From Anthoceros angustus (lineage: Eukaryota > Plantae > Anthocerotophyta), in NCBI GenBank assembly GCA_010909165.1, contig MU008170.1, positions 186,001-250,000 of the forward strand: a DNA stretch of 64,000 bases. Reading direction: 5' to 3'. The translations under genes and the position numbers were made by a program. Position 1 is the stretch's first letter; the number at the start of each line of letters is the position of its first letter. Positions 1-12,308 of the stretch are shown one piece after another. The notes below the pieces were generated by a model. The model did no database searches, was not told where the DNA came from, and saw only the letters and a list, made by a program, of their open reading frames with translations.

Positions 1-692
1 TAATTGATACTTTGGTTGGAACTCGATTCAAAATATAGGTCGTTGTAACAACAGCCTCACCCCAAAAACGTACCTCCAAGCTACTATGATGTAACATGCA
101 TTTAGCTGCCTCTACTAAGTTTGCGCCCCGCCACTCCATTTTGCTCTGGCATTGGAGAAATGGTTAGTTGCCTTCATATTCTAATTCCATGCTCCTTGCA
201 AAAGCATTGGAAGTTATTGGAGATATATTCGCCTTCGTTGTCACTGCACAAAGTCTTCAGATGTTGTCCACTTGCATTCTCCACTATGGCTTTCCATTCC
301 TTGAAGAGCGTACATACCTGGAATTTCTCCTTCATAAAATATGTCCAAGTGTTCCTTGTGAAGTCATCCACAAACACCAAAATTTAGTGGGCTCCGCCAT
401 GAGTGCGATTTTCATTGGACCACACACATCCGTGTGTACCAACTCTAGCACCTTCTTTGGTCTGCAATCTTTGGAACTTAGTTCGGTGTAGCTTTCCATT
501 ATGCACCCTTGGCATAACTCACCACTTCTTTCACTCCTTAGCCTTTGGTCCTACCAATGCTTCCCTCCGGGCTCTGTGGTTCGGCATTTGCCAGCCATGA
601 CTCCTCATACACACATGCATTCATGGATTCCAAGATCTTCTATAAGTTTCCATTGTCTTGTTGATCTTTTAAGATTGGTTGTGTCTTTAATA

Positions 693-830
693 CTTTGATC
701 TTCCTCTTCTTCTTCAAATGCAACAATTCTTTGATCTTCATCATCTTCTTCAAGCTGCGATAATTCTTTGATTTTCATCTTCTTCTTCAAGCTGCGATAT
801 TTCTTTGATCTTCATCTTCTTCCTCAATTT
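693..830. repeat. Four imperfect 36-37-bp tandem units in the Copia integrase-RT spacer
   Basis: CTTTGAT(C/T) recurs at 693, 729, 766 and 803, each followed by a TCTTC-rich run. Confidence 0.8.
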
Positions 831-1236
831 CGACGTGATAGAAATTTCCTCTCTCCCCCCTTTATGTCATGTTGTTGAGAAGATTCTTCAGGTTGAGGAG
901 TAGGTTGCTCAAGAGTGTCATCATACTTAGAATCCTCGTCATGGTTTTCTACATCGCGATAGATCCTTCATGATAATCAGGGGTTGGAGCTCCACTCCTT
1001 TGTTGGGTTCCACAACCTCATTAAATACAACATCCCTACTAAAATGATCTTCTTCCTTGTAAGATCATATGGCGATATCCATTAACCTCATCAAAGTATC
1101 CAAGCATGGTGCACTTCATGCCTTTCGGATCCACTTTGTCCGGGTTACTTTGGAACATAAGCATAAACATGACCAAAGATCCTCAAATGGCTTATATGGC
1201 TTAGACCACGCTTGCCGCGTCTTTGTCAAAATAGAG

Positions 1237-1897
1237 TACTTCCCAATTCAGGCCTTTGGCAACCTCGAGCTTTGCTCCCAATTGCTCCTCCTCCTTGCGA
1301 CTAGCAAAACCCCACGAGCTGGTGCAGCGTTAGTCCTAGCGGCGCTTTCCAGTTGTTGCCAATTATCCTCGAGATTTCTCCTTCTAAGGCAAGGCGCCAC
1401 CAATAAAGTAGTCATGGTGCTCCTCCTTGCGCCCTCAACTTCCACAGTCGCGATGCTATAGGTGTCCCAATCTGGTGCCTCCTGGCCCTCACAGTCTCCT
1501 TCAGCAGCTCGTCGCGCCTGGAAAGCTCCCTACGCTCCACAGCACTTGGCGCCTTCCTCTTTTCCTTCTTTTTCTTCGTCTCCTTCAAGCTCAAGCTAGG
1601 GTTTCCTTCTCCTCTTCAGCTCGCGCACGGTCTTCTTCTCCTCTCGATTCGACCGCGGCGATGGCGATTTCCTTCCTCCTCCTTTTCCTCCTTACGCTCA
1701 GCACCAACTCTTCGCGCGAAGTGGAGATGCTTCAGTTCAGAGTGAGACATGGCATTGTCCAAACTGGACTTTCCTCCTCTTGGATGTTTGCCACGTGGGC
1801 CCCTCAACCCTAGATTTTACCATCCTAAAATACCTTTCCCTATTTAAGTTGCCTATTTCCTGTCCTATTTTAGCCTTTAATTAATTACTTCCTAATT
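1237..1897. other. ~650-bp GC-rich foreign insertion interrupting the integrase reading frame
   Basis: On the minus strand the integrase reads ..NRVPTKV at ~1900 and resumes ..LTKT.QAWS..HLRIFG at ~1235. The intervening DNA is bounded by TACTTCCCAATT (1237-1248) and TACTTCCTAATT (1886-1897). Confidence 0.6.
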
Positions 1898-3224
1898 GAT
1901 ACTTTGGTTGGAACTCGATTCAAAATATAGGTCGTTGTAACAACAGCCTCACCCCAAAAACGTACCTCCAAGCTACTATGATGTAACATGCATTTAGCTG
2001 CCTCTACTAAGTTTGCGCCCCGCCACTCCATTTTGCTCTGGCATTGGAGAAATGGTTAGTTGCCTTCATATTCTAATTCCATGCTCCTTGCAAAAGCATT
2101 GGAAGTTATTGGAGATATATTCGCCTTCGTTGTCACTGCACAAAGTCTTCAGATGTTGTCCACTTGCATTCTCCACTATGGCTTTCCATTCCTTGAAGAG
2201 CGTACATACCTGGAATTTCTCCTTCATAAAATATGTCCAAGTGTTCCTTGTGAAGTCATCCACAAACACCAAAATTTAGTGGGCTCGGCTGTGAGTGCGA
2301 TTTTTCATTGGACCACACACATCTGTGTGTACTAACTCTAGCACCTTCTTTGGTCAATGCGCTGCAATATTTAAGAACTTGGTTCAGTGTAGCTTTCCCA
2401 TTACGCACCCTTGGTATAACTACGGCTTACCCACTTCTTTCAAATCCAACCCTGTCACCATTTATTGATTCTTCATTAAGTTGATGTTATCAATGCCAAT
2501 GTGCCCCAAATGTTCATGCCATAAATCAACAGATCTAGTGTTATTTTACAAACTGGTCATAAAAGTGCAAGTTTGCCTTCCCACAGAAGCACAGAACTTG
2601 TACAAATTTCCTACTCGGACACCCTTAGTAACCACTTTAGCATTCGATAACTCAGGCTGCTCAGGTTAGATTTGAAATCCTTTGGAATTGAACACAATCT
2701 CATGACCTGCATCGACGATTTTTGCGACAGAAAGAAGATTTCTTACAAGGGCACATAATGCACGTCCTTAATACTTGTAGAGTGTTCTCCTGGTAGTTGG
2801 ACCCATAACACTCCTCTTCCCTAGATGTCATGTGACCTATTGTCACCAAGTGCCACTATATATCCCGCTGCCAATACCTCGTAGCTTGAGAACCAAGGAA
2901 GATTATAGCTGAAATCATGAGATGCACTGAAGTTAAGATACAGACTCTCATCCTTCTTTGATTGAAGTCGCTTGATTTGTTTCGGTGAAGCACGCGAAGA
3001 TGTGTTCTTGATCCTTCTCACTGACTTGATTAGCTTAGGATGATTTTCCATTCTTCAAGTCGGCCAATCTTATTTTACAGTCCTTTGCGTGATGGTTGGG
3101 CTTCATGTAGTAATAACAAAAGCCTTTCACCTTTCTCTTTGCATTTGTATCCTTCGTCCTTTCTATAGACTTGGCTTGCGAAGTCTTCCACCGTATATGC
3201 CTTTCTTGGAGAAGAATGCCAAGC

Positions 3225-6010
3225 CTTCGTTGCCTTGTGTCCGGAAAGAACCATTAAGCTCCTTTTGTAGGAGCAATCCTATTACCTCATCAAAGGTTGG
3301 TTGATTATCATTTGGATGCATCGCTAAGGATGCCCTATAAGACAATAAAAATTGCCTATACGATGGTGGCAAACTACTCGACCTTGATCACCTTACCCTC
3401 ACGAAGGTTTGATATCTGTCTCCCTCATTTGATCGACCAAGCTTTTCTACTGATTGACATGTTGTTGAACGGTCGCCTCAACCATCTTGAAGTTGGAGAA
3501 TTGACTTTCCAGACATTTCATTCACCATGCTCTAATGTTGTGAAAAAATTTTCCATGCATCATGTGAAGAGACACACTCACTCAACTGTGAGAGAACGTC
3601 ATCTGACACATTCAAGATAATATTAGCCAAGGCTTTCGCATCCTTGTCTATATCCTTTTTTGAGCGCCTCTAAGTCCATTTTCCACAAACTTCCACAATC
3701 CTTTGTCAATAAGAAGATATTATAGCTTCAACTTCCATAATGTGAAGTATTGCATCCTCAACGGACATGTTTGTTGAGGATTAATTTTTAGACAAAGGAT
3801 GTTCAAAAGACATGTTTGCTTGTCTTTGGGAGCAATGATGGTATGAGCATAGAGTTAAATAGCTACATGTTTTGCACAATATCGCTTCTAAAGACAAGCA
3901 AATAAGGCAGACATGGTTGCTTAACCTTGTGGAGAAGGATGCACAGAGGACATGTTTGCTTGGCATTGTGGACGAAGATGTTGAGTGCATGAAGCTACGA
4001 TGAACGGCTGCATCCCCTACACAACATCGTCCTCAAAGGCAAGCAAATTTGAAGGCTTCGAGGACATGTGGGCAACAAATGGACCATATAGTGAACAAAC
4101 GTACATCCTTCTGTGTGTGTCAAATCTCTTATTTGTTTTGTAAGTGCAAAATGTAGTGTGTCGATACATCAAGAAGCAATTGTAAATAAACGATTTATTC
4201 TTGGCAGAAATGGTAGGGATGTCTTCATACAATGAGTGCTTCGATTGCACACATTTCAGCTTAGTTTGTAGGCTTTCGGAAGAGGCCTGCTGTGGAGTGC
4301 CAAGCCGTTGCCTTGTGTCCGGAAAGAACCATCAAGCTCCTCTTGTAGGAGTAATCTAACCACCTCATCAAAGGTTGGTTGATTATCATTTGGATGCATC
4401 GCTAAGGATGCCCTATAAGACAATAAAAATTGCCTATACGATGGTGGCAAACTACTCAGCAACCCAGTGATCACCTTGCCCTCTGAAGGTTTGATATCTG
4501 TCTCCCTCATTTGATCGACCAAGCTTTTCTACTGATTGACATGTTGTTGAACGGTGGCGCCCTCAGCCATCTTAAAGTTGGAAAATTGACTTTCCAGCAG
4601 CATTTCATTCACCATGCTCTAATGTTGTGAAAAAATTTTCCATGCATCATGTGAAGAGACACACTCACTCAACTGTGAGAGAACGTCATCTGACACATTC
4701 AAGATAATATTAGCCAAGGCTTTCGCATCCTTGTCTATATCCTTTTCAGAAGCGTAATCTGGAAGTCCATTTTCCACAAACTTCCACAATCCTTTGTCAA
4801 TAAGAAGATATTATAGCTTCAACTTCCATAATGTGAAGTATTGCATCCTCAACGGACATGTTTGTTGAGGATTAATTTTTAGACAAAGGATGTTCAAAAG
4901 ACATGTTTGCTTGTCTTTGGGAGCAATGATGGTATGAGCATAGAGTTAAATAGCTACATGTTTTGCACAATATCGCTTCTAAAGACAAGCAAATAAAAGA
5001 CATGGTTGCTTAACCTTGTGGAGAAGGATGCCTGAGAGGACATGTTTGCTTGGCATTGTGGATTAAGATGTTGAGTGCATGAAGCTATGGCGAACTGCAT
5101 CCCTACACAACATCGTCCTCAAAGGCAAGCAAATTTGAAACCCGAGGACATGTGGGCAACAAATGGACCATATAGTGAACAAACGTACATCCTTCTGTGT
5201 GTGTCAAATCTCTTATTTGTTTTGTAAGTGCAAAATGTAGTGTGTCGATACATCAAGAAGCAATTGTAAATAAAAGCGATTTATTCTTGGCGAGAAATGG
5301 TAGGGATGTCTTCATACAATGAGTGCTTCGATTGCACATTTCGAAACTAGTTTGTAGGCTTCGCATCCTTGTCTATATCCTTTTTTGAGCGCCTCTAAGT
5401 CCATTTTCCACAAACTTCCACAATCCTTTGTCAATAAGAAGATATTATAGCTTCAACTTCCATAATGTGATATTGCATCCTCAACGGACATGTTTGTTGA
5501 GGATTAATTTTAGACAAAGGATGTTCAAAGACATGTTTGCTTGTCTTTGGGAGCAATGATGGTATGAGCATAGAGTTAAATAGCTACATGTTTGCACAAT
5601 ATCGCTTCTAAAGACAAGCAAATAAAGGCGGTATATGGTTGCTTAACCTTGTGGAGAAGGATGCCTGAGAGGACATGTTTGCTTGGCATTGTGGGCGAAG
5701 ATGTTGAGTGCATGAAGCTACGATGAACGCATCCCTACACAACATCGTCCTCAAAGGCAAGCAAATTTGAAGGCTTCGAGGACATGTAGCAACAAATGGA
5801 CCATATAGTGAACAACGACATCCATCCTCGTGTGTCAAATCTCTTATTTGTTTTGTAAGTGCAAAATGTAGTGTCGATACATCAAGCAATTGTAAATAAA
5901 CGATTTATTCTTGGCAGAAATGGTAGGGATGTCTTCATACAATGAGTGCTTCGATTGCACACATTTCAGCTTAGTTTGTAGGCTTTCGGAAGAGGCCTGC
6001 TGTGGAGTGC
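3225..6010. repeat. Nested tandem duplications of Copia gag and leader: ~1.08-kb unit (3225-4303 / 4304-5360) and a third ~0.65-kb copy (5357-6010)
   Basis: CCGGAAAGAACC at 3241 and 4319. The block TCGCATCCTTGTCTATATCC...TTTGTAGGCT occurs three times (~3635, ~4720, ~5361). Confidence 0.93.
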
Positions 6011-6076
6011 CAAATCTGATGTCCGTACTCATGGCGACTTGTTTTAGGCTTGTTTTGTTTTTTTTCGGGTCGTTAC

Positions 6077-7475
6077 TGTTAAGAGGGATAGGGAGAAGTT
6101 AGCCAATAAGGCCGTTTTGGCCAGATTGCACTTAGAGTGCAATCCCTAAACCCTGGGTCCGTTAGGGCGTGAACAGGTCCGACGGGTGCTGGACTAGTCT
6201 GTCGGGATGGGGTGATCCGGCCAAGGGGAAGACATGGTCCGTTAGAGCGGCGTTTGGCAGTAAGTCGGCCGGCGGCGTTGGCGGAAATGTCCGGCAGCGG
6301 CGTTGAGTAAGTCCGGCGGCGGCGTTCGGACGGAATAATCCGGCAGCGGCGTTGACGGAATAAGTCCGCCGAGCGTTCAGCAAATAAATCCGGCAGCGGC
6401 GTTCGGCAAATAAGTCCGGCAGCGGCGTTCAGCAAATAAGTCGGCCAGCGGCGTTCAGCAAATCATCCAGCGGCGTCGCAAATAAATCCGGCCGGCGGCG
6501 TTCGGCAAATAAATCCGGCCAGCGGCGTTCGGCAAATAAAGTCCGGCCGGCGGCGTTTAATCCGGCAGCGGCGTTCAGCCGAATAAGTCCGGCCGGCGGC
6601 GTTCGGCGAGTAAGTCCGGCCGGCGTTCAGCAAATAAGTCCGGCCAGGCGGTCGGAGTAAATCCGAGCAGCGTTACCATGATCCAGGGTTAAGGTACATA
6701 CATAGGTGGGTTAGATTAGGGTGTTGGGGATATAAAGGGAGGCCCGGCGCCCAAGAGGGAAGACTATTCCGGGTACCATCTTCGCACTCCGTGTGCTCTT
6801 GCCTCTCGTGTTCGAGGAGCGGAGTGTGTTCCTGCGTCACCGTGCAAGATTAATTGGTGGTAGAGGGATGTGTTGAGAGCTCTGGTGGCGAGCTCCGTCA
6901 ATACGCTTGATGGGTGCGGACCGGGGTCGGACCTGAGCTGAGGAGGTGCTCGAGGGTGATTTCCCGGGTGTGGGACTAACCACAGGCTGGAGCCGTGGGG
7001 TTGCAGGTGGCTACTTCCGCGTGAAGCGAGGAAGGCAAAGGCGGCACAGTGTGAATACATCGCGTGTTGGTGTCGTGACTACTAGTCGGATGGATAAGAG
7101 AGGAGGGTCGCGTTGCGGCGTGTGTGTTGAGGTGGAGTTGTGGCGGACGAGTTGAGGAGCTGGGCGCTCGTCGAGGTGACGTCGCTAAACTGTTCGGTGG
7201 TCTTGGAGAAACCCGGGCGGGGTTTGTGAGAAGGTCCGGTGGCTGCGCGTCTGGTCCGACGAGTTGTGGAGGGGCACACACTTAGGGTTGTGGAGCCGCC
7301 GGACCCAACATGATGAAGTCCGTTCAGGCGATAGGTTGTAGAGCTCAGGTAGAATAAGCACGAGACCATTCCCTTGGGAACGGACTCCTTACTACAACGA
7401 CACGGGACTGTGCGCGCCCGGCTGGCTGTCAGCAAAAGTCGCGCCACACCTGCCCGCAAGCCGACATTCACACAT
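6077..7475 (+). mobile_element. GC-rich LTR-like element (possible solo LTR of an unrelated retrotransposon)
   Basis: Begins TGTTAAG and ends TTCACACA (TGT..ACA). Contains a tandem array followed by a TATA-like TATAAA at ~6730, the usual U3 arrangement. No matching TSD and no PBS found, so boundaries are tentative. Confidence 0.45.
6249..6675. repeat. ~26-bp GC-rich minisatellite, about 16 copies (consensus CGGCGTTCAGCAAATAAGTCCGGCAG)
   Basis: Directly visible head-to-tail units with scattered 1-nt indels and no unique spacers. Confidence 0.9.
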
Positions 7476-7709
7476 ATTTGAACAAGGAAATGTCAAATAG
7501 AGATCTAGCATCTACTAACGACGCTACAAAGCAACAAATCCCGCAGAATGATCAAATCTAACCTCTCTTTGCTACTGCAGAAAGCACTTCAATGAGATAC
7601 CCCAACACACAACTGTTTGTAGAAGTCGATCCACTCTTGCCCTGCTTTTAGGACTGAAGCACTAGGATTCTTGTAACCGAGATTGATAGAGTAAAGGTTA
7701 GAAAAAGAA

Positions 7710-7940
7710 GAAGAAGAAGTCTATTATAACCCACTTAGACAGAATTTTTTGTCATGGAAGTTGGTACTTAACAACTTGTACCATGGTGTGATATGGAGTA
7801 ACCCAATAGGCCATGTATGGCTAAGCTACTTGAACCAAAGGATCCACTCCCTCTATGCACCCCATATAAGTACCGATCTACGCGCTGATGCTTAACAGCG
7901 GTGTGTGATAAATGTGTCCATGTGGCCTAAGCCATTTGGA
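7710..7940 (+). repeat. Dispersed repeat (probable LTR relic), inverted homologue of 20598-21309
   Basis: The segments GAAGAAGAAGTC..ACAACTTGTACCATGGTGT..CTAAGCT..GATGCTTAACA..GCCATTTGGA align collinearly with the reverse complement of 20598-21309. Confidence 0.8.
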
Positions 7941-8107
7941 GTTTGGACGAGGATTTCGGAAGGTATTGCTTTTGTGATAGGTATTGTTTGTTCCCAAGTC
8001 ATTTGTTTCACTTACAGCACCGAAGAACGAAAAAGCCCTAGGTGACGAGCAACCGGCCTCGCTTCATGACGCGCCGATCGCTCGCGGTTTGATGCCAGGA
8101 CCCGAAA

Positions 8108-10716
8108 ATGTCGGCTGCTGCATCTTGCCAATCTGTTGGTGCTCAGCGGGCCGATGGGGGAGCTGCAGGTTACGCTCGCAAGCGAACACGAGATGGCGCA
8201 GGGGATGGTCTGCGGGAAGCAGCGGATATTGTCTTGGTGCTGGCGGCCATGTCTCAGATGCGAGGGGGCCGGCCGCCGGGAACCTTAGAGCGCGATCTTG
8301 CCGGCCATGCTTTCCAACGATTGGCACAATGCATTTCAAGCTTGTCTCCCGAGGTTTTGTTGTCCAAGGAATTAGTGGAGACTTTGATTGAGGAGCTTGG
8401 CTTGAGAAAGACTCCCAGGCGGGATGATCCCAGTGGCGCAGAAAAGAAGGATGACCATGTCGGGGGTGTGGCGGAAGAAATGCAGAAGGTAAGGGTTGTT
8501 TGTCGGCCCCATCGCTAAACCCAAACTCTGGTCCATGTTGTGCTTGGCTGAGCAACAGCCGGTGTCAATGCAGGCAATCAACAAGCAGGACGGCGCCTGC
8601 GCTTTCTCCACCGAAGAAAGGGATATGGATGTGGCCTACGCCCACACGGACTTTCCTGAGCTGGTTAATTCCGCCGGACTGTCGGGTATCTGTTTTCTTT
8701 CCCCCTACTTTCTTTACAAACACGTTATGCTGCACCTTTCCCGTGACAAGTTTTAACCTAATCCGGGCCGTAGGCAGTAGCTCTGTCCCGGATTGTTCTG
8801 CGCTTGATGCAGAGTCTGTGTAATGGATTGTGCTCAATTTTTCCCTCCGATAAGGTTTTCGATGAGTTCAATATTTTTTTGGGATCTGGCGGGTGTGCAG
8901 GGTTAGGAGACGATGGCGATGATTCTGATGATGTTTCGGATTCGGAGATGTCCTCTATGGTTGCTATGCAGACGACTCCTCCCGGTCTAGCACCTGCAAT
9001 GTATGCCCAGACCTTCAACAATGCCATCGCTCAGCATGAGAGCAGAGAAATGGGTGGGTTGCACGGGATGATGCCGATCCCTTCCACCAAGGATATAAGG
9101 GTCCCAGTCAGTCATCCGAAGCCGTTTGCTGCGGTCATACCTCCGAATGCCCCTCGGCCTATTGGTCGGCCAAGGAAGGATGGTCTTACTGGTTACAGTC
9201 TTTTCAGACCTATGCCCTTACCGGCTGATCAGGATGCATGTAGTAAACTGCTTGGACTGGCTGTTCAGCAGTATATCACGATGAAGAACAATGCTTTGCG
9301 GGTGACCCCGGTTCTGCTATCCAATGCTTACATGAGCCCACCTGTGCCCTGTGAATCTTGCAAGCTTATAGTGAAGGATGCTGTGAGTGCCCTCATTTGT
9401 GACACTTGCGAGCAGGCTTATCACCTGAAATGTGTGAGCACATTTACTCTTGGCAAGGTTCCAGAAGGCGACTGGGACTGTCCCAAGTGTTTGAGACTGA
9501 ACAGGGGCCGCCTTCCGACTCCAAAGTACGGACCTCTTAGGAAGATACCTGGGAGGAATCCTCCCGCAAGCTTTGCATCGCAGTCCTCTGGTGAGTTGGG
9601 AAAGGCGCCTGAAGGACCCGTGCCCTCTTCGGGGCAGGGTGAGGCCAAGGACTTGCATCAGAAACGCTTGGAGCCTAAGACTGTTGAGGCCAAAGACCCT
9701 GCTCCCGAAAGGGTGGACGCAGAGCAGACAGATCTCAAACAGACAGGTACTCCACAAAAGGATGTGAAGCAACAAGGTCATGGGGGAACCCCCAATTTGA
9801 AAATTCGGTTCAAGACTAGGAAGGTCAATGATGGTGGGAAGGAGGAGATGTCAGATAGTTCGACGCGGAATAATTCTGAGAAGGTTTCAAGAGAGGAGGT
9901 TGCCACCGATGCTAAAATGTCTGCGGAGTCTGCTGCAAGTGCACAGTTGGATACTCCTGTCCAGTCTGATTCTCGCGGAGGGCCTGATGACGTTGTCAAG
10001 ATGGATTGGGTTGGGGACAGTCTGCATGAGGCCGATGGCAAAGTTTACTATGGAGCCTGCAGGGTGGGAGACCACCTGTTCAAGGTGAATGACTATGCAC
10101 TATTTCGGCCGGAGTCGGCTGAGGTGCCGCCATACATCGCCCGTCTCCAGGTACGAGAGGTGTATTTTGTGGGCATGTGTTGCCTATTCGTAATCTGGGT
10201 GCGCAGTGACAAGGTTCAGACCGTCATGTAGTTAACAAGGTGTAAGTGTTGTGTCTGCAGACTATGTGGGAAGATACAGCGCTTTCTTCGAAGTGGGTCA
10301 AAGTTAACTGGTGCTACTATCCGGGGGACATTCCTGTTGTCGTAGGCCGTCCGTCAGAACCAGAACCTGATGAGGTAGTACTGCAGGCCTTGTTGCTGGC
10401 TGTGGCATGTGGTCTTAACCATTCCCGCTGTTGGAAGCGACATGAAGCAGCTGCTTGTGAGGGTTTAAATCAGACTAGTGTAACCGGAAGATTGCGGTCT
10501 CTGCAGGTGTACGAATCCAATCACTGTGATAATAATTTGCTTGGATCCATTCAAGGGCCTTGCGAGGTTCTCACAGCCCTCAAATTCCGTGAGGAAAGAG
10601 AGAGACGAGCAGAATTGCAGAGGAAAGACCCTGCCCAATTGATGGGGTTGCCGCCTATCTTCGTGTGCAGGTATCTATACCAGCAACCCGGTCGTTTTTT
10701 CCTCCCTGCACGATAA
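8108..10716 (+). CDS. PHD-finger + BAH-domain chromatin protein (resembles the Arabidopsis At1g50620/At3g20280 ONE PHD FINGER family), multi-exon
   Basis: ATG at 8108. N-terminal motif DIVLVLAAMSQMRGGRPP. AT-hook-like GRPRK at 9164-9178. PHD C4HC3 (CESC..CDTC..YHLKC..WDCPKC) followed by PKYG. BAH split by GT-AG introns (donors 10151, 10375; acceptors 10260, ~10507). Stop at 10714-10716. Internal exon borders at 8.5-8.9 kb are uncertain. Confidence 0.85.
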
Positions 10717-12308
10717 GGTTGAAACATGGTGTTCCTGGGGTTTTGGCGTTCAGGTGGCTTTATGATGCACCGAGGGGCACCTTCGGCCTTGCGCCAGAGG
10801 ATGTGACGCTGAAATAGCATCAGGTGAGCAGTCCACCATTCAAGATGTTGCTCTTTTTGAGCGGCAATTCAACCAAATAAAACTAATTTGCACCGCTAGC
10901 CGGCGTGCGTGCGTCCTCGCTTCAACAGGAAGTGACGAATTACACATACGGCGAAGCCCTAACCGGGTGCTGGCGTCGGCTTAGTCGTGCCTGTCGTCGT
11001 CGGTTCTCCATGTCGAAATGTTCTCCAGAAAATCTGAAACCCTAACTTCGTCGACGGGCATGTGGCGGGAACGACGTCCGCTCTCCGAGCGGTTGGTTCT
11101 CCTGCGACTGCTCTCCTGCCGCTCCCACCAGCCCAGGCCTGGGCGCCTGCATCCAGCTCTGGTCACCCAGCTGGCCTAGGAGCCCGCGAATCGCATCTCC
11201 AGGCTGTGCCGTAGATCCCCTGGCCGAATCACGACATCGTACCATCAGACTCGAGCGTGTGCCAGGAAGCCAGAGTCTCTCTCCCTCGGATTGAATGGCG
11301 GACTGAGAGGAGCCCTGTCGGCGCCGTCTCTCACCTCCTCTGTGTAGCCTCCATATCCTGCTACTGGTGCCGTCGCAGGCTGCTGGGAACTGCACATCTA
11401 AGGCCGCGTCCTATCACGCTGCAAATGCAAGTCATAGGTGGAATTGCACCTTCCACCTTTGAAGGTGCTTTTCGATAGCTGTGGTGGTTTGATGATTTCT
11501 GCTGGGAACCTGATTGTTCCTCATTGTTTGTGCTGGGACGTTTTTTACAGACACATCTGTGTGAGGCTTTGATCGCAAGTCCTGCTGCGTCAGAGGACAG
11601 GTTTTGAAACACCACGTTGCAAACTCGCAAAAAACAAGGATCACTGAGTTGCGAGCAGGAACAAGAGTGAAGTCATCCTGGCGCCCCCCGGATGCCCCTT
11701 TCCTCCCGCTTGCGGGCTTTGCGGGCTTTGCGGACTTTGCGGGCTTGCCGGCTTGCCGACTTGCCGTGCCGTGTCCCATCACTCGTGAGACCGTCCTCTC
11801 AAGGATTTTAGAATACTGTAATAATGCGACGTTTGAAACGGGGTCCATGCAGAACCGTTCCGTTTCAAGTGTGCGATCCCGTTTCCCAGCGCAGCATGCT
11901 CCGAAATCCGGGCGATCCGGGCCTACAGGACAGCGGAGAGCCAATGGAGTTTCCCGCCGTCATTTGGAGTGGAGTCGAGTCGGAGCGGGCGCGGGCAGGC
12001 AATGTGACGCAAGCGGCCTGCGCTGTGTCCGAAGCTTCAAAATTCCGCAGTACTGTACAGCCCTGCGCAAGCGGGAAACCATGGGTGGCAGGGGCACGCT
12101 CTCCAACTCTGCGTCCGCTTCCAGTTCCCGGCCGGCGCCTCTTCCCCTCCTTGCAGCGCACTCCGGAGCAGGAGCTGGAGCAGGAGCAGGAGCAGGATCG
12201 ATGCGGTGTGTCAGTGCGCGGCGTGCGGCGGCCTTTCGCGGCCTTGGCATTGCTTGCTGATCGGGGCTGCAGAGGAAGCGGAAGCATCCGGAGGCTACTG
12301 CCAGCGCC

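Larger units (their letters stand above)
1..2421. repeat. ~1.9-kb tandem duplication: 1-521 repeats 1893-2421
   Basis: ORFs 121..387 and 2013..2279, and 174..380 and 2066..2272, translate identically with offset 1892. Similarity ends at ~521/2421, where the RT-proximal region is joined back to the pre-integrase region. Confidence 0.95.
1..6030 (-). mobile_element. Degenerate Ty1/copia LTR retrotransposon (gag-protease-integrase-start of RT), rearranged by internal tandem duplications; runs off the left edge
   Basis: Minus-strand translation gives gag N-terminus (LWKLKL..LLIDKGLWKFV, ~3640-3770), UBN2-like gag (LLSSLPPSYRQF..TFDEV..LLLQEE), zinc-knuckle remnant (~3085-3125), protease region (LNFSASHDF..WFSSYE, ~2890-2950; KDVHYVP ~2755), integrase core (FVDDFTRNTWTYFMK..KTLCSDNEGEY), integrase C-term (HLRIFG..SRDVVFNE, ~1015-1200) and the EPQS..EAL..KEW RT-proximal motif (~525-580). 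Copia domain order; many stops and frameshifts. Confidence 0.92.

Noticed and set aside
6079-6435. ORFs with NAAAG repeats
   Set aside because: These are translations of the 26-bp tandem array.
10900-12300. Several 60-220-aa GC-rich ORFs and a telo-box (11037-11045) upstream of the GIL1-like gene
   Set aside because: Low-complexity translations in all frames, most simply a promoter or 5' leader.
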